Positions 59,895 to 64,000 of a DNA stretch of 64,000 nucleotides are shown piece after piece. Positions within the stretch are counted from its first letter, which is position 1. Every line of letters starts with the position of its first letter. The DNA comes from Phallusia mammillata (taxonomy: Eukaryota): NCBI GenBank assembly GCA_965637545.1, contig OZ281495.1:12214001-12278000 (forward strand), in the 5' to 3' direction. A program made the translations under genes and the position numbers. The notes beneath the pieces are model-generated. The model worked only from the letters and a program-made list of their open reading frames with translations. It searched no databases and was not told the origin of the DNA.

Positions 59895-62800
59895 CTATTT
59901 GTATTCGTTTGCCACCGGTAATTCGTATATTTCGCTTTCCATTGGATGATTTGGCTTTACGTTCATGTATCGGCTGCTGTTGTCTGTATGCATCCCCGGC
60001 CTTTGAGAAGGTCCTGTTTGGTTTGGTCTACAATGATGCTAATGTGTTAGTCAGTCCCTCCACAATGTACATGAATGGGCTATTATTAAAGTTTACCTTG
60101 ATCCCGCGGAGACAGAAACTGATGCCTTCTCGTTTGGAGCAACACGGTAACAGGCAGATAAATGTTCTTTCTTATCTAAAACAGAAAAATGTTATTACGC
60201 CCAGAGTTGCAAGTCGGGCCGGGCTTTTCGGGCCGGGTTCGGGTTCGGGCCGGGTTCGGGCCGGGTTCGGGCCGGGTTCGGGCCGGGTTCGGGCTTAGGT
60301 ATTTGTGAGAAAACGGGCTTAAAACAGGCCTGACTTTACGTTCCGTGTCCGCCATTTAACAAACAAAATAAAATCACTCGGCTAAGAAACTCTGGCTTTG
60401 ACCTAATGCCCACTCTACTCTAAAACGTATTGTTTACCCCATGGTCTACTATTGATCATTGTGTTTGTTGTCTATCTCTTTTTTCTTTCTCATGCTGTCA
60501 ATCAAAATTTCGGGCCTAAACGGGCTTCGCAAAAACGTTTCGGGTTCGGGCCGGGCTTCGGGCTCATACTTTCGGGTTCGGGCCGGGTTCGGGCCGGGTT
60601 CGGGCCGGGTTCGGGCTCAGATTTCGGGCCCGCTTGCAACTCTGATTACGCCTATTAAATATTCTCAAAAACTGAAGTGTTGCATCATGTAACTAGAAAC
60701 TAATTAAAGCCACTAAGAAATATGGACTTCATGTTTGTTGCAAATTTAGAAATTGTTAAAGTCTCAAGTTATATGTTTCCTATGTGTATATTTTGAAAGC
60801 AATTATCACCCCAAAAGCCTAAACCAGTATGTAAAACGTAAGTATCTAAGTAAATGCCATACCTTGGTCTTTGCTTTTATTTCTGATCCAGTCTTTTGCA
60901 ATCTTGAGACTCAAAAGCAGTGCAACCACAATAACACAACACAAGACTGCGATTAATACAATGAAGGTGGAAGATTCATAAGCAGCATTTTGACCATCAG
61001 TACCAGTTTCTGTGTTATCAGTAACGATAAATTTGACTTCGTGGGTTGTGGCAAAAACTTTTGGAGACTTTATCACGATCAGATATTCGCCCAAGTCCAT
61101 TTTGGTAATCTGTAATAGTTCGGTTTTATTACGTATTGATGAAGTTTTAGATTCTCATGTAACATTTGAGGTAAATTACTTACTTTTGTAAAGTGAAGAA
61201 TCACCTTGTTTTCAGTTTGCATGGTGACATAATAGATGTTGCTAACTTCTTTGTCTACAGAAGTAATATTGTGCTATTAGTAATACGATTACGAATTGCA
61301 ATGTATCTCGCCTACTTAACACCCCGTGCATGCCCTTCTGTATTTAGCTCACGTCAGATGTTACCGGATTTCCGTGTTGTTTGCATTGTGCTAATCGCTT
61401 TACAGTGAATTACGCGAACAATTGCATAGTTCGGTCCTTGTATGTCAGTTTTTCGGTGAACTTGCTAATTATTTTTATTTATCGCGATCATTTGACCTCT
61501 CACGATGTTGGGTAGGCTTCCTCCACTATCCAACCGGCTGGTATCCACCCATGTTGCCACACCCAGTTGCGTTGCCCTTCGCGTCGCTCGCTTCTCCAGC
61601 GAGATCCCTAACTTCTCTGTCACGTGTAATTTGTAAACCTAATCTTAAGGGTGCGGCTGCTGAGTCTTTTAACATTACATCTCATAAATGTACCTATGTT
61701 TCAATTGGCGCATTTTCAAACGCAAAGTTTTTGCTACCGTTTCCTGATTCTGTGGCACTAATGTGTTTTTTACCCATGTACCATTATTATATGTCCGGTA
61801 TTAAAATTAATACATAACAAAAATGTCATTACCTTGTTTAAATGCTGTAACTGCACTGTGGCCTAATAAGGTCGGATTGGATTTAAACTTGAACTCCACA
61901 TATCCAGGTTGATGCAAAGTCACACTTGAACGTACAGTGGTGTTTGGTGATATAAGAGGTGGAACTGTAAAGGTTACAAAAATCGTGGCGTTTTCAAAGT
62001 TGTTTGTTGATTGTTTTGTCCTCGTGCATTTTTTCAATGCTGTGGTACGTGTAGATATACCATTTGTAACCATCTTTTACTATTCACACTTTATTTATAT
62101 ATAACTTGCCACCTACTTACATTGCACGTTAAGTTTTACAGCTCTGCTCTCTGATCGATGATGATCATGTGACCTTTGATGGCACGTCACTAGTCTGTTG
62201 TTATCAAGTGGCGTAAGTATCAGTTGTACCCACACAAACTGAGCGAATAGTAAAACAAAACAAAACATTTCATATTGCACCATAACAAACATATCTTTTT
62301 TTTCGGATAACTTGATCCGTATTTTACCTGTTTTCCAATGTATGATTTGTTTCCAAATACAACACTGATATTATCTACATTTGCATCAAACTGATCGCAG
62401 AATAGCAGTACGCTGTCATTATGCTTGAACGTCTGTTCTTTGCCGGCATTGTTCAAATCCAACACTTTACCTGTGTCAGTTTACATACACTTCAGACAAA
62501 ATAAAATCCGTTTGTAAAGCTTTCGATATTGTCGGCGATTTTTACCTTTGTAACATTTTGGTGTTGGACCTTCCCATTGAGCAAACTTGTTACAAGTTAC
62601 AGTGGCTTGACGTCCTATGATAGTTGAATTTTCGATCAACACTGTGTTGTTGCATTGTAAAATTGCCTTGCGTCCATAAACCATGTCTTGTTCATTAAAT
62701 GGTTTGGAAATGATATCATGTTTCAATTTTGGACAATCTATGGACGTTCAACTGATTTGTTATATCCTCTACTATAGTCTATAGCCTATGTTACCAAAAA

Positions 62801-63363
62801 ATCCATATTATCAATAAAAAAAGATTAACTCAGAAATATAGAAATATAGAGTTAACTTACATTTTATTGAGATTTTCGGGGTGACATAATTCATTCTTCT
62901 ACTACAACAGCAGAAAAAAATCCAGTCTTGCAACTGGATTGAACTTTCATTGAACAAGTTTGGTTTTAGTATAGTTATGCGAAAAATACTTCTGTTTGAA
63001 GATTTTCGTTCCTCTTCAATATTAATTAGTGATTGATTGAATACGCTGATGCGGTTGAACCAGCTGGCTATTTGATATGTTTTGTTTTTATACCAGTTAA
63101 AATTTAAGTAATGACTGCCGGGTCTGTACGTAAAGTCAATGTTAATTGTGATGTTTGAAACACCGACAGCCCATTGAAATGACTGATTGTTAAGTCCGTT
63201 CGTCGATGCAACCGACGCGTTCCAACATTCACCTAAAAGTAACACAGTAAATAGTACTTTCTATTTTTGTTGTTAAGTGTATCAACTCACCTCCATATGT
63301 GCCCGTGATCATTACAAAACATAACAAGCTGGTAAAATTCCACTGAATGAGACAAGAATACAT
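59895..63363 (-). CDS. Type I membrane protein: signal peptide - Ig-like - CCP/sushi - Ig-like - Ig-like - TM - tyrosine-motif tail, 10 exons, 519 aa
   Basis: Exons in transcript order: 63291-63363 (MYSCLIQWNFTSLLCFVMITGTYG), 62861-63232 (Ig-like, FNWYK), 62546-62737 (CCP, four Cys plus QWEGPTPKC), 62328-62470 and 62121-62238 (Ig, LLFC...LILTPLDNNRLVTC...LNVQ), 61833-61964, 61184-61254, 60863-61109 (Cys-less Ig, LHFTKITKMDLGEY; TM FIVLIAVLCCVIVVALLLSL), 60097-60175, 59895-60027 (tail ...SRYMNV...EIYELP...EYK*). Phases consistent, 1560 nt, phase-1 domain boundaries. The start Met is inferred; the frame is open up to the acceptor at 63419, so an upstream coding exon cannot be excluded. Confidence 0.75.
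60202..60644. mobile_element. hAT (Ac-type) MITE with GC-rich TTCGGGCCGGG subterminal arrays
   Basis: Perfect 12-bp TIR CAGAGTTGCAAG / CTTGCAACTCTG; perfect 8-bp TSD ATTACGCC (60194-60201, 60645-60652); tandem 11-bp repeats near both ends. Confidence 0.9.
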
Positions 63364-64000
63364 TTTGCAAAGTAAAAGCTCTAAGTAGGCGAACGTTCGA
63401 CAGCTGTCTGATACATTTCTACACACAAAGTTTGGATTGCAACTAGCTCACACAAAAGGTTTCGTGTGAGTGTGTGGTGCGGTGTTTCGTGTGAACGCCT
63501 ACACATGATATGCACCTCCTGTTCTTACGCCTTAAATAACCGTTAGTCAAAGTAAGTTCTTGCTTTAAAGCGTTAGTATAAGTGACATCACAAACTTTTG
63601 ACAGTCATTTTTTGGTGTGTCAGAATTGGAAGATACCGTCAATTGAAGTAGTTGTAGTTGATACTGCAGGGTCATTCTGCTTGAAACAAACCAGCATTGA
63701 GTCACGTTTTGCACCCTACCCTTGTAACAGTCACATGCCACCAATCTGTGGGGCTTCAAAATCTTTATTGCTTAGGCCTAGATCATCTTGAGGTGAAATT
63801 GTGTCCAGACTATTGTGATATTAAGGGTAACAACAGGGCTCGGACACTGACTGTTTGTAATGTAAGCTAAACGATCAACTGCTACGATCCAAAAATAATT
63901 TTCGCAAAACATTTAAGCGAGATTAATACCTTCACGCCTTTTTTATGTTGCACTTTTTATTCCAAGAAATAACCCACTTGTTTTTTATTCAACGTTAAGG

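Noticed and set aside
61500-61760. Extra exon(s) for the receptor between 61833 and 61254
   Set aside because: Acceptors are weak, and direct splicing 61833>61254 already gives a complete in-frame Ig domain.
63620-63745. Upstream coding exon of the receptor (LVACDCYKGRVQ...DCQK)
   Set aside because: Phase-compatible but with weak splice sites, and it would bury the signal peptide; left as unresolved, possibly 5' UTR.

Overview
Eukaryotic, intron-rich, AT-rich DNA from an invertebrate animal. An ascidian/tunicate is the best guess (many ~60-nt introns, chordate-like Groucho exon sizes), but this is inference only. Five spliced protein-coding genes were reconstructed by hand with consistent GT-AG phases: (1) COP9 signalosome subunit 2 (COPS2/Alien; minus, 11 exons, 442 aa); (2) a Groucho/TLE co-repressor (minus, 18 coding exons over 32 kb, 868 aa); (3) a protein with two THAP domains and four C2H2 fingers (plus, 875 aa); (4) a trypsin-like S1 serine protease (plus; 5' end uncertain); (5) a type I membrane receptor, Ig-CCP-Ig-Ig-TM, with an ITIM-consensus tyrosine (minus, 519 aa; 5' end slightly uncertain). 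The non-coding DNA holds about ten non-autonomous DNA transposons (mostly hAT MITEs with 8-bp TSDs, one Mutator-like MITE, one foldback element). The most unusual signals are a type I hammerhead-ribozyme fold in the sense strand of COPS2 intron 1, the Ig/CCP/ITIM receptor, the tandem-THAP/C2H2 protein, and candidate alternative micro-exons in Groucho that could give an AES-like truncated isoform. All coordinates were derived by eye; no database searches were run.
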